Positions 12,606 to 25,852 of a stretch of DNA of 64,000 nt are shown here, piece after piece (the first letter of the stretch is position 1; every line of letters begins with the position of its first letter). The notes below the pieces were generated by a model. The model was not told the origin of the DNA. It made no database searches and was given only the letters and a program-made list of their open reading frames with translations. The DNA lies in assembly GCF_004010195.1 (NCBI RefSeq), contig NC_057711.1, forward strand, positions 80,511,846-80,575,845, written 5' to 3'. The DNA is from Chiloscyllium plagiosum (lineage: Eukaryota). Both the position numbers and the translations under genes were made by a program.

Positions 12606-14240
12606 CAGGAAAGAAAAACAAAATTCTCTGGAGAAACTCAGAAGGTCAATCAGCACCTGTGGAGAGAAAGCAGAGTTAACGTTCCAGGTCCAGTGACCCT
12701 TCTTCAGAGCAGAGCGTAGTTCAGAAAATGTTGGTATGTATGCTGAAGACAAATGTCAGTTAGAGGTGGGTGGGTGGCTAAAGGAGGAAGTGACTGGTGG
12801 AGTCAGACCCAGAGAAGGAGACATTTAGTCAGGCAGAAAAAGGGAGAGATAAAGATGAACCTGCAAGAAAGAAAAGATGTTACTGGGGAAAAGAAAGTAG
12901 CTGAAAATGGGTTGACTATCCTGAAAGCAGCCCGTGTAATGACAGGGTCTGGGATGTGGGGAATAGGTAAAGGACATGGAAGAAGGTATTCAGACCCTAA
13001 CATTATTTAACTTAATATTAAGTCCTTAAGGCTTCATGGTTCCCAAGGGGAAAATGAGAAGCTGTTCTTCCATTGGAGCACTGCAATAAGCCCAAGACAG
13101 AGATGTTGGCCAAGGAACATGATGTGTCTTGAAGTGACGGGTGACTGGAAGGTGTTCTGTAAAGCAATCACCCAGTCTATGTTTCGTCTCCCCACTGTAG
13201 AGGAGACCACATTGTGAGCAGTGAATGCAGTAGACTAGATTGAGTTAAGTACAAGTTAATCATACCCTCACCTGAAACGTATGTCTAGGGCCTTGGATAG
13301 TGAGGAGAGAAGAAGTAAACAGGCAGGTGTTACACTTTATGTGATTGTATGGAAAGGTACCATTGGGATGTGGGGACATTTTGGTAGTGGAGGAAGAGTG
13401 GATCAAGGTGTCCCAGAGGGAATGGTCCCTGTGGAAGGCTGACAAGGGAGGGGAGGGGAATACGTGTCTGGTAGTGGCATTCCACTGGAGGTGGGGAAAA
13501 TGGTGGCTGTAGTTCTTTGGATGTGCATGTTGGAGAAATGAAAAGTGAGGACCAGAGGGATCAAATCATGTTGGTGGGAGGGAGGATAGGGGTGGAGGGC
13601 TGAAATGCAGGAGATGGGTTGGCCCCAGTTGAGGTCCCTGCCAACTACAGTGCTGGGGAATCTTCAGTTGAGGGAAGAAGGTGGACATTTCTGAGCCCCG
13701 ACTATGGATGGTTGCATCATTGGAACTGATGTGACTGATTTGGAGAAGCTTGAGTTTTTTTTACAGGAAACAGGGTATGAGGATGTATAGTGAAGATAAC
13801 TGTGGAAGTCAATGGGCTTGTCTTGGATATAAGTGGCCAGCCAATCTCCAGAAATGGAAACTGGGGTGTTGAGGAAGGTGTCAACATCAGAGATGGACCA
13901 GCTGACGGTGAGAGCAGGGTGGAAATTGGAAGCAACATTGATAATTTTCCAGTTCTGGATAAGAGAGATAATCAAAAGTGATGATACCCAAGTCAGACTG
14001 GAATAAGGAACATTCCACTTACCACATATAACTGGAGCCCCTGAGGGTACTCCAGCCAAACCTTTGACCTGAAGAAAGTGGGAAGAGCTAAAGGAGAAGA
14101 TTTTCAAAGTGAGGACAAGCTCAGCCAGGAGGAGGATGTAGTGGGTGGGGACGGCTCAGGCCATGCCTTCAGGAAGATGCGGAGAGGCCTGAGACCATCC
14201 TGGTGGGGGATGGACGTATAAAGGGATTGCACATCCATGG
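12606..14240 (-). mobile_element. Penelope-like element: RT and GIY-YIG remnants plus 3' end
   Basis: FSFSSSHFLQVKG, ASNFHPALTVSWSIS, KPIDFHSYLHY (RT); GTFPYNHIKCNTC (GIY-YIG); degenerate hammerhead at 12675-12710. Confidence 0.85.
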
Positions 14241-16304
14241 TGTGAAAGTGGTTTATCACTTATTAGCTCAAGCCTGAATATTATCTAGGCGTTGCTGCAC
14301 GGAGGCAGAGACAGCTTCAGTATCTTCTGTAACACACCAACTATTCAATCACGACTGCTACATCATCTAATGATATTGCACCACACTGCCTAACATCTTC
14401 CTTCCCTGGAAGAGGGCAAGATTGTGCATAACCACATTTCGAGTTAGATGTATTCAGTTCTCTTTGAGTACAGTCTTACTGATTTTCCTTAGATAACAAT
14501 GACCTGGAACTAGGAGATGATGCAAAGATCACCTTATCTCACCTTGAAGGAGACCAGTGTATTAACGTCTTATTCATCATCACCATTAACAATGTTGTTC
14601 ATGCCCCTGCCTGATGCTATAATGCTGGCTGCAAGTTGGCAGATTGCAGTGAGGATATCTTTACTGAAGATTAGATATCTATTTCTGCCTGAGGCTTAGG
14701 TTGGAAAGTTGCTTCTAGAGCACCGGAGTAGATAGAGTTGTTTCAGAGATCCCTCCTCCCCATTGTCCTTCTGGGAGCAATGGTTTATGCAGATTTTTTT
14801 AAGTCATGACAAACATCCTCACATTGCCACAGCACATCCTCTATATTTCAGCAACTATAAGAACTTGAGAAAACACTTCTACAATTGCAAAAACAGCCAG
14901 TGAAAATCAACCAGCAATTAACCTGAAAATAGTTGGTTGTTCCTTTAAATAGTATTGGGTAGTAGTGTCCTTCCTGCTGCTGAACACATGTTCAACTTTA
15001 TGAGTTTATAAGACACCATTAACTGGAGTTTGGTGCTCTAAGATGGTAGCATTGGGCATCAAAACATCTGATGAACATCACAATCTACCTACTTGGCTTG
15101 CACACAGCCAATACTCCTTACAGTACCTTTAGTGCAAATGGTCTCAGTTGTAGCAGAAGTGTGTATGCCAATACAAGCTCTATTATGAAGATGAAGCCAT
15201 CATTACACTGAAACCCCATTCACTATGAAGCCAAATTTTGTGGATATTATTTGAAACATTGAAAGTACTGTAAAAGTTTAACACTAAATTCTTTCTTAAA
15301 CTGTTATTGCATTAAAATTAAACCACCTAACTCATCCTTTAATGTAGTGAAGAAAGAAATTTGACATGTTACTTAGTTATATGATAAATTTGCTGACAGC
15401 AGTTTTTACCTTCACTAACGAAGTTTGGGGAGTGTAAAAATATGGGGGCAGACCTTGAGACCATTATTTATGACTAGCACCATGTTTTCGATAATATGAT
15501 GAGATTCTTCAAATGTTTGGTGTACCAGTGAGCCATTGACTTTGAAATATCAATTAATACATAAAAACAATACAGTGTATTTACAGTTGTTCTTATTTGT
15601 AATCTTTTTCTTTGATCCATATGTGGACCATTTTAATTATTCAGTCAACGCTTCATTCTGTCTTTTTTGCTGGTAATGTTATTTTTCCTCTATTGCTAAC
15701 AGAGTAAATTTTATATTTACCGATATACTAACGTGCATTAGTAACTTAATTTTCACTTTCCTTTATCGCAACCAATTTCTCATAATAAATAATAGAAACT
15801 CCTTTTGATATGAAAATTCACAATGAACTAAATTCAGAATAAATACTAACCACTCAAATTTAGAATGTCTTCTAATCCATAACCAATGAAAATGTTGTTT
15901 GTCATTTTTTGAGTCAGTGCATGTCATTTATTGATCTTTATCCAGAATGTTAATTATATCCATAATATTTTTGGCTTTAGGAAAATTTCTCTCAAGACTT
16001 TTTGTCTGGCAAACCACAGATGCTTCACATAAACAAATTGCAGTTACTGTCCAACATGGCAAGGGACTGTGGTTTTCTGCAATCTATTGATTATACTAAA
16101 TAGGACACCAACTATGCACTAAAACCAAAGGGATAAAACACAGAAATGACAAAACCAGAAAAAGGCACATAGTCATATATATATATAAGGCACTTCAGTG
16201 CTTAAGTTGTGTGTATGGGTGTGGTTTAAACAAGCCTAAACTGATTTCTCTAAGCGGAATCTTAGTTTAATTTTAATATATTAACACATTAAATCAAAGC
16301 TTAC

Positions 16305-16369
16305 CTTGATTTTTCAGCTCCATAAGATAGCTTCATGAAGAGTTCGTCAGTTTGTTGTCTGGAATGAGC
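16305..16369 (-). pseudogene. Candidate exon remnant of the minus-strand decayed gene
   Basis: ttctcag acceptor and AAG|gtaagc donor; one open frame AHSRQQTDELFMKLSYGAEKS; a strong downstream acceptor (ttttatccctttggttttag) lies at ~16119. Confidence 0.35.
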
Positions 16370-16431
16370 CTGAGAAATTACTGAAGAGGTTGATTAAGAG
16401 TTTCGGGTCTTTTAGCCTTTTTTTTAACTTC

Positions 16432-16680
16432 TAGATTTAGATTTAGATTACATTACAGTGTGGAAACAGGCCCTTCGGCCCAACAAGTCCACACCGACCC
16501 GCCGAAGCGTAACCCACCCAGACCCCTACATTTACCCCTTACCTAACACTACGGGCAATTTAGTATGGCCAATTCACCTGACCTGCACATCTTTGGACTG
16601 TGGGAGGAAACCAGAGCACCCGGAGGAAACCCACGCAGACACAGGGAGAATGTGCAAACTCCACACAGTCAGTCGCCTAA
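16432..16680 (-). mobile_element. HE1-type SINE (5'-truncated)
   Basis: Reverse complement of the SINE body at 51845; HER1-like tail with (tctaaa)n. Confidence 0.9.
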
Positions 16681-17129
16681 GTTTTAAAGTAGTTTTAATG
16701 CTGGCTTTGGTCAATCATATTTGATTGTACAATATAATTTTCCTTTTCAATAATTTTCACACTTCTTTGATTTTTTTAACATCATGCTTACAACCTAAAG
16801 TAGTTGAATATTGTCTGTTAATTCAAGAAATCCTATTGTAATTGATGCAACTTCAAGGTTTTAATGGAATTAAATGCAAGAAATTAATGTGAAGCTATTA
16901 TGGTACAAGCATTCAAGGCAACTCCAGAAACAACAATGCAACTAAGTAAAATGGATCATCATAGAAACATAGAAATCTGGCACCAACTATCAGGCACAGG
17001 CTCTGGACTAATCTAGATTAGTATGAGCTAGGTAGTTGGTTTATATTTTCTGCTGGAAGAACACATGCCCCAATTGTATGATGGAGACATAATTGAACAT
17101 AATAACTGGGTAGATATTTGCCCTTCAAG

Positions 17130-17700
17130 AGAGCTTTTCCATTTATTGTGGTCATAGTTGATCATTCACTTTAATGTTTTTCCTTTATGTCACTGGTGTT
17201 TAGAAATCCATCAGTCTCTGTTTTAAGCATACTTAATGATTGAGCATCCATAGCCATCTGGGATATAGAATTCCAAAGATTCACAATCCTCTGAGTAAAA
17301 GATTTCCTCCTCCTCACGTTGGTTCTGAATGGTTTCCTCCTAATTTTGAAATGATGTCCTTTAGTTCTCGATTTTTGACAGAGGGAAAACATCATAACTT
17401 GCATCTACCTTGTGGATGCCTTTAATTACATTGTAGGTTTTAATGAGCATACAGGCCCAATATTCTGAATTTCTTTTTATGGACAGTCCCCCATCCCATC
17501 CCACAAACTTGATGATGCTATTTTGCACTCCATTATAACAATAATATCCTTCATGAGTAAAGGGGACTCAGTACCTAAGTTGTGGACTAACCAAGATTGC
17601 AGACAATTTCAGCAAAATTTTGTTACTCCTGCTGTAATAAATCCTCTTGTAATAAAGGCTGATGTGCCATTTGTCTTCTTAATTACCCACTACACCTGTT
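17130..17700 (-). mobile_element. Old CR1 3' fragment
   Basis: SRTKGHHFKIRRKPFRTNVRR...FTQRIVNLWNS. Confidence 0.75.
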
Positions 17701-18910
17701 AACTGTTGTTTTGCCAGATTGTCACCTTTAACATATGGGAAGATTGAAATATGCTTCAAATTCCATGCATGACTATTTGCTTATACACCTTAGCTGCAGA
17801 ACTTTGCAAGGACTGCCACATAACAATTTCCTCCCACTTTGTCTGTTTGCATTGTCAGGCTCAATATGATTGAATACATTAATGAATACTTAATTGAGAC
17901 CAACATTGGAAAATGCTGCAAGTTCAGTATAGCCTGAAGCAAGCAAATATTATGCTGGCCATTATCTGGTCCCATTGTTTAAACAATAGGACTAAGGAAT
18001 TTTTCCTTAGGTAGAAAATCTTCATTTAAAATAAATGTGTCCAAACATATTTTTAGTGTGCACGTTTTCATTGACATTTATCCAGCTACTGTGATAATTA
18101 AGTTGCAAATAAGTGCCAATATAATTGGAAGAATACAAAAGGCTCTTGTTTCTGTTATTTTCCCCACAAAGAAAATAAGCTGTTAAGAAACACTTTCAAT
18201 AGTATCAGAATCCCTTTGAAATCTTCAGAATTAATACTGCGTAGTATATTAGAGCAAATATTGCCTTCAGTCACTGGCATGTCTAACAGTGTTATTGCTA
18301 TTCATAACAACGTAAACTGATAGTATAGTTATTTTTGTCACAGTCTTTCCACTGGAATGGTGAAGCCCCTTTAACTGAATGTCAGCACCAACATCAGTAT
18401 TGATTCCATTACAAATGGAGATTGTTGTGAAAAGAAATGCTTGTGTTTCTGCTAAACAATGATGTGTTTGAATGGTCCACAGTGTTCCAACAAATTTTGT
18501 GGATAAGAATACAAAAATATTTGTATTTGGCTAATTGTACTTAAGGTATTTTTGAACCAGCTGTAACCTTTCTAGGATTCAAACTCTGCTACTGTTTGGA
18601 AAACCATCTCTAGCACCAAAGAAACTGCACTAAGCAGCTAATGAAAATGCATCATAACGGAATATCTCAGTCAACTTCATGAGAGGTAGTCTTGAGGAAA
18701 AATGGTTGTGCGGAGATAAGAAGTGCCAGCTGTTCATATTCAAGTGTTGTGAGGAAATGTCATCACTGAGAGTGATTGCTGTATGTGTGGGGGTGCAACA
18801 CTACATCTTCTTCATAACTTAACAAAGCAGGCAGCCTCAAACAGCATAAATGGAACAATGAGAGCTGTTTAAACACAAGCTGCCAATAACAGACCTCGGC
18901 CTGCTTTTAC

Positions 18911-19010
18911 CTGAAGTTTTACATTGCACTTGTCCATTAAAAGTGACTCATACAAATATGGTTCTGATGTATTAAAGTGGAGCACAGAGCTTGCATGCTT
19001 TTAATTTTCT
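18911..19010 (-). pseudogene. Candidate exon remnant
   Basis: CAG|gtaaaa donor preceded by open frame HFNTSEPYLYESLLMDKCNVKLQ; 5' boundary unclear. Confidence 0.25.
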
Positions 19011-20019
19011 TTTGTTAGAAACATTCTCAGAATTACATTGTACATGATAGAGGAGCATAAGTCATTTCAAGAAATGCTCAATGATTCATAGAATAGATGA
19101 AGTAAACAGGAAGCAAAAAGTGAATATTTAATATGCATAATGATGTATTGCACTAATTCTAAATCTTATGGGGAATAACAAAGACTGAAATATTGCCTGG
19201 AGGCATTTAATCTAATTATATGATTTTGATTATTTTCTTCAAAAACAATTTAAAGTACATTAGCACCAGTCTGTGTTCTAATGGCCCCACTTATTTTTCA
19301 GAATAACTTGAAGAAAAACAAATTGATAGGTGAAGGTTATTTATAATTACTTGTCTCAGGCTAAAACCATTATCACACAATAGAGGTCACTTTAGTAAAC
19401 TATGCAAAATATCACTGTGGAAATGGGATAGTAAAAGCAGATACTTGTTTTGTTATATAGTCATGTCTTTGAGGCTGTTTAGTCTACATTAAGAATGCTG
19501 CTTGAGTCAGTGATACTTTGTGCAAAAAGTCTTTATTTACAGGTAAACATGTGCATACATTGGAATTTCACATCTGGGTTGGGTTTATTTTGGTATGTCT
19601 CATGGTGGGTATGTCAGTACACCTTTAAGGGACATGCTCATTATGTTATCACTACATCATAGACTCAATGATTGAATGACCTACTTCTGCTCCTACCTCA
19701 TAGCATGTGATCTGAGTGGATGAAGACCCCCACCCTTAATCTTACTTCAGATAGCTTGAAGCACACAATACATATATGTTGTAGACTATTCGATTAATAT
19801 TTGCCCAGACATCATAGTTGTTTATGATAAATGCTGGATTCTTCAAGCCACAATACCTATGTTCAGTTTCTTCTGCTGCAGGAGAATACATTAGCATTGC
19901 CACATTGGGTAAAATGCCCTGTTGGAGGCATACTTACAACAAGACTTCCTGTTCCCTTCTAGATCTGTCTAACTACTCAAGTGGCATGACATGATTTTTA
20001 GCTCATCATTGTTTACGTT

Positions 20020-20222
20020 TAGTTTAGTTGATTGAATGACTGCTTTCTGATGTAGATTGATGCCAACAGTGTGGGTTCAATTCCCATACCAGGTTACCAT
20101 GAAGGACTCTCCTTTTCAACCTCTCCCCTCACCTGGTGCATGGTGACCATCAACCTAAATCACCACTAGTCATCTCTCTAATGAGAGAGCAGTTCAAAAG
20201 TCCATTAGTATGATAGTGATTT
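20020..20222 (+). mobile_element. tRNA-derived SINE (second family)
   Basis: B-box-like gggttcaattccc and a body distinct from HE1. Confidence 0.55.
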
Positions 20223-20529
20223 CTCTACAGCATTCCCCATATGTTTTCTTGCATTTGGCTAGTTTTACTGAGCCAAAATTTGCCAAGAAAAACATGGCAG
20301 GCAAGATTGTAAATTAAGCAGTAAAAGACAATCGCAGCAGGGTGGAAACTATGTAGACATGTTTTATTTGCCAATTTTCTTCTCTACGAAATGAGTCAGT
20401 TTTACTGGGATCCAATTCCAGATTGATATCTTAATAATGTGTGAACTTAAACATCTGATGCTGATGGTTGCAACACATGCACACACATTTAAACAGCTTA
20501 AAATTCGGGATAACAGAAACCTGAGCTGT

Positions 20530-20782
20530 TTGAGGAGAAATTTCTTCACCCCAAGTAGAGTGAGCCTGTAGAATTCTCTGCCATTGAAGGCATTTGAGGC
20601 CAACATATTGAATATTTTCGAGAAGGAGTTACCTATAATTCTTAGGACAAAATAGCTCGAAAGATAGAGGGTGAAAGTGAGAACAGGGTATTGAATTGGA
20701 TGATCAGCTGTGAACATATTGAATGATGGAACAAGCTCAAAGGGCCAAGTGGCCTTTTCCTGCTCCCATTTCTATGCTTCCT
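20530..20782 (+). mobile_element. CR1 3' end
   Basis: aggagaaatttcttcaccc...gatcagctgtgaacatattgaatga...cctgctccc 3' UTR. Confidence 0.7.
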
Positions 20783-22737
20783 GTTTATTTTTCCTATCTT
20801 TAATATATCATCACTATAAACAATAGTAATGCTTTTAATGATTTCCCATTTATTTTAACTATGTAACAGATGTAAGTCATTTGATTTTCAAGGCTTATTG
20901 CAGTGCAACTTTATTAAGTCAACTGCTGGCAAAGGTGGTAAAAACACTTTCAAATGTAATTTGTTCCTTACAAGTTCACTTAATGATGCATAAAAATTAT
21001 GCTATAATTGTACTGGAGCAACAGACCTAAAGAAATTGACATCCCTTCCAGTGTACACCCTGAATGTCATTGTCATTAGCTGTCATTATTTGATGATAAT
21101 GCATGCTCAGAGTCATATATATCTTTACATGATTGGACAGGGTACTTCTAACCCCATAGATCTTTGAGCACATAGGGCAAGATGTCCCTAAGATAATGGG
21201 ATCTGGGAGAGGGATTTACTTCCTATATCTTCTTGGTTCATTGATCCATAAAACAGCAGATTTGAGGATCATAAACTGGACAGCTAAGAAGCACATCATT
21301 TTTTGTATAAAAAACACTTTGGCACATGACCATTTGAAGGGAGAGGTTGGATGTTTTCAGTAAAAAAAATCCAGCACTACTATGTTCCCTTTCCCTTGAT
21401 GAAAGCCATTCTTTAACCTTGGCTTTTATCTTTTTTTTAATAATCAGGCATCCTAAATGTAGCCGTCTTACAAGGGCTTTGGTGGCAGCTTTGGTGAGGT
21501 CCCATGTGGATGCAAAATGCTATTCCATCTTCACTTCAGAGTGAACTTTAAGACATTATTTATCATTCCAAATTGCAAAGACAACAAGCCATTTATACAC
21601 AGACTCAGAATTTGGAATATATTAGTACCTTACAAGAAACGTTGGATGTGAATAAGCTGGAACTACTTGGAATCAATTTTTGGCTGTGACTGAAATTTTC
21701 TTTAATTCTGAGAAATTTTGCTGAATTAGTCCAAACTGGCCTCAAAAACAATGAGTTGAGCCAATGTCATTCTCAGTTTTCAATCAAAGCCATTCAATCG
21801 GCTTACACCAGTGGCCCAATGACACCTGTTCTCTTCTTTTTGAGCAGAAGAAACCCTAAGGGGAATTCTGTGATTGACATTGTGAATGACCAATTGTGCA
21901 TAGCATTCAGGCATCACTCCAATTCCCAGATTTAGTGTAGTGAAAGGATGGGCCACCCATAGGAAAATACTTCAGAGTGAAACAATAAATTTGATGAGCT
22001 TTAAAAAGGGCTGCATAGTTTGTACTGGAGACAAAGCTAATAGCTACTTGGCTCCAGCTATGGTTCACATTACCCATCACAGTGTGAAAGCAGCTTGATA
22101 ACCAAGTTTATTTGAATAGCTTTTCTCAAACTGAATGATTGTGTACTACTCAAAGCAGTCTGTCAATCAGAATGCCTGCTTGTCTGTGTTGGGAAAGAGG
22201 ATGTGGAATTAATTTGTTAAGCAAAAATGTGAAACATTTTCAAGCAATGTTTCACAGCTATTTATCAAAATAATATTTCTTAATATGTGCAGTCTTAAAA
22301 ACTGATTTAAATGAACAAGGCGACAGATAATACAAAATAAAAGCCACTAAGAACCTATTGGGTGATTTACACATAAGTAAATACAGAATTGCAAACAATA
22401 TTAAAACTCACATTTCAATGATATTATTTTAAATAATCAAAATATCATTGGATTTTCAATCTTTCTCATAGGATCCTGTGGGGTAGAAAGTAGATTTTAG
22501 TTATATTTAGACTTATTTCTCCAAAATCTTTGCTGAATCCTTTGCAAAGTCAGGCCTTGTGACTTTCATCAAACTGAGAAACCAGGACAGCTGGGATTTG
22601 TGACCTTTCGCACAAGAAACACAACAGATGCCACTGGGATCAGTCACAGATTCTGAGAGTGTATAGGAGAATTATTAACATTTCCATTTTGCCATTTAGG
22701 ACTTACTAGCAGGTGATTGACAGACAATATTAAGATA

Positions 22738-23226
22738 GCTTGAAAAGGTTCAGAAAAGATTTACAAGGATGTTGCCAAGTTTGGAGGATTTGAGCTACAG
22801 GGAGAGGTTCAATAGGCTAGGGCTGTTTTACCTGGAGCATCAGAGGCTGAGGAGTGACCTTATATAGGTATATAAAATCATGAGGGGCATGGATAGGATA
22901 TATAGACAAGTTATTTTCCCTTGGGTGGGGAAGTCCAGAATCAGAGGGCATAGGTTTAGGGTGAGAGGGGAAAGATATAAAAGAAACCTAAGGGCAACTT
23001 CTTCACGCAGAGGGTGGTGCGTGTGTGGAATGGGCTGCCAGAGGAAGTGGAGGAGGCTGGTACAATCACAACATGTAGAAGGCATCTAGATGTGAATATG
23101 AATAGGAAGGGTTTGGAGGCATATGGGCCGGGTGCTGGCAGGTGGGACTAGATTAGGTTGGGATATCTGGTCGGCGTGGATGAGTTGGACTGAAGGTGCT
23201 GTAGATCTCTATGACTCAATGACTCT
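22738..23226 (+). mobile_element. HER1/CR1 3' fragment
   Basis: LEKVQKRFTRMLP...MRGMDRI; (atgactc) tail. Confidence 0.9.
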
Positions 23227-23895
23227 AAAAGCTTTGTATATATGAATTAAAAATGTAATTGCATCAACATTCAGAACTGGACATGTGTATTTTAATAATG
23301 GATTCAGGTCAATCTAATTCCAATCCAGATCTATTGATCCTACCCATTGGACATAACGTTAGTGAGAATCTTTGAAAATAAGTTGCAAAACACAGAAAAT
23401 AAAGGATTGAAATTCAGATTTACTGTTTGCCAAAATGGGTATTTCAAATGCATTAATCAGCTAGCCTCACAAAATCTGTAAGAAATAAAACTCCTACCTA
23501 AACCACAATGTAAATGGACCCCTCAGACAAATTGTCTTTTTTTTCCATTCAGAAAGTTTGTCGCATAGAATTAATGTACATAAGCGGGAGATTAGGCACA
23601 ACAAGTCCAAAGTGGTATTTATGCTTCATGTAAGCCTTATCTCATTTTATTTATCCAATCCACATATCCTTCTATTCCTTTCCCTATTTACAAATTCAGC
23701 GAGCTTCTAGTGAAGTGAAAATCAATAAATTCATCAGATGCTTTAAAAAAAGGAGCTTAATTTTTAAAAAGGGGCTGGGAACTAAACATTTTTCCCAATC
23801 CTCCACAGTGTACTTCAGCCAAACTCATTCTGAATTCCAAAAGTTCAGTCAGTTAAAGGCCATACAGTGGGTTTACCCACCAGTCCATGTTGGTT

Positions 23896-24103
23896 ATGAT
23901 TTGGAGGTGCCAGTGTTGGACTGGGGTGTACAAAGTTAAAAATTTCATAATTTCAGTTCCATCACACTGTAAATTTTTGCTATAAATTCTGTGCCTTACA
24001 ATGGTGTCCTCTACAATCATCTGATGAAGGAGCGGTGCTCCAAAAGCTAGTGCTTCCAATTAAACCTGTTGGACTATAACCTGGTATTGTGTGATTTTTA
24101 ACT
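23896..24103. mobile_element. Short Penelope-like insertion (family 2) with inverted end
   Basis: Matches 46270-46460 with the terminal part inverted; TSD atgttggtt at 23887-23895 and 24104-24112; hammerhead motif at 24018-24052. Confidence 0.8.
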
Positions 24104-25327
24104 ATGTTGGTTTATGGCATTATGGTATATCACACCTAAGGCATGTGGCAGCAGTTTACACTATATGTTTCAACCAAATGGGTAACATTTGAAAGTATAA
24201 AGGGGAGCAGTATTAATTCCTGGTGCTGAAGACCATCCTGCATTCAGAGATTGGCAGTGCCAGTGGCTGAGATGGATGCAGACAATAAGGGACAAGAGGA
24301 ACTACGTTTATGTTTTTATAATGTTAGACACCTTTCCAGAAGAACAGTCACAGACTGCTGCTGTGGTCCAGCAGTTATTATACACATGATAGAGAGCATG
24401 ATTCCGTTCACCTATTCCAATGCGTCACATTGGATCATAGGCCTGAATTTTCCCATATTTTGACTAAGTTCCAATTTCGGCTTTCCCTCCATGAGTCCCA
24501 GCAACTTTTCTCACACAATTCTCTGCTGTTCATTTCCATATTGATGCAAGCAGCCTCCAGGGCACCACTATCATGTAATCAAATGCTCAGTGGAGGTAAA
24601 AAATGGACATTCGAACATTCTAACAGTGGATGTCATACTTAAACACCAGCCTCAAATTATTCCAAATGCTGGAAACCTGGTCTGAAGTAACCATCTATGT
24701 CAGTGCAGTGCTCCCAATCCAGAGGAATATACAGCAATGCAGCAAGACATTGATGACCTTCTGTGTTTTTCAAAGCTTAAGGCTGCCATTTTCTGTTTTC
24801 TATTTCACACTCACTTTAACTTCATGAGTGCACTCATCCTCCACCAAGGCTCATATCTTCCACTCTTTTTCTTGCATGCAATGTCTCCCTAAAAGGCTCT
24901 CACATACTCCATCCCATCCCTTCCCTGCCCTCTACATCTCGTAATTACTCAGGTCACCTCACCAACTATCTTGACCGAATAGAGGCCAGGCTCTAACTGA
25001 CTGGGATTAAATATTACTCCCCTTATACTTTCAGACATGACCCATTTGGTTAAAGCATACACAGTGTATTTGCTGTGTAAGTTGCTACCATATAACTTAG
25101 GTATGACATTGACATAGAACAACGCCATACAGCAACATGTCCAGCCTATTGACTGTTCAGTTGAGACAAGCATGATGAGCTGCCTGGCTTTCTATCTGTG
25201 CAGAAAGTAAAGCAAGATAGGGGGGCTTTGAGCACTAACGTCCATGAGTGCTAAGAAAGCAAGCAAAGAGCCCTGAGTTATAACATGTACTGCCTCCCTC
25301 TCCCTCTGTCTGACTCTCCCTCTCTCA

Positions 25328-25852
25328 CAGCAAATAGTCCAATCACCAGTGTATTTTAATTATCTAAAAAAACAATTAGCAAGAAGAACTAAATGTAATG
25401 TTTATTCGTTAATGTTGATATCTGTAAGGAAATTTAACTTTACATAAAAGCATACTTTTTTAAAAAACTGTTTGCATGCAGCATTTACATTTTCTGATTA
25501 CAAGGTACCATGTTTTAGATTGGAATGTTTAAAATTTCAAAACCATTTGTAAGAGGAATCCTTCAACCAGACATAGAAATAACGTGAGAAGTGGTCAACG
25601 GTGGAGAGTTTTATGAACTATCAGTCCAAAGTTATAATTTTTCTTCCAATCATGCTACATTTGCTGCTTTTTATGTCTCAAATTTCTTATATACTGCATT
25701 CCAAAATGTCATTGTCTGGAATTAATTGATGTATTTTGTTAACTCTGGTGTCTACTCATCTCTCCAGCAAATACTCTAATCACCAATGTTTTTCAACCAT
25801 CTAAAAAAATCAGTTAGCAAGAAGAACCAAATGCAATGTTTTTTTGGTTACT
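25328..25852. repeat. Diverged ~85-bp direct duplication (25328-25413 and 25766-25852) containing a minus-strand splice acceptor
   Basis: cagcaaatagtccaatcacca...ttagcaagaagaactaaatg vs cagcaaatactctaatcacca...ttagcaagaagaaccaaatg. Confidence 0.8.

Noticed and set aside
18700..18880. GATA/E-box/ETS/SOX motif cluster as an enhancer
   Set aside because: Short motifs expected by chance, non-canonical GATA-E-box orientation, and no conservation data
25331..25423. Plus-strand 93-nt exon (cacag|QIVQSPVYFNYLKKQLARR...|gtaagg)
   Set aside because: No partner plus-strand exons; better explained as the antisense of a duplicated minus-strand acceptor next to a CT tract (not fully excluded)
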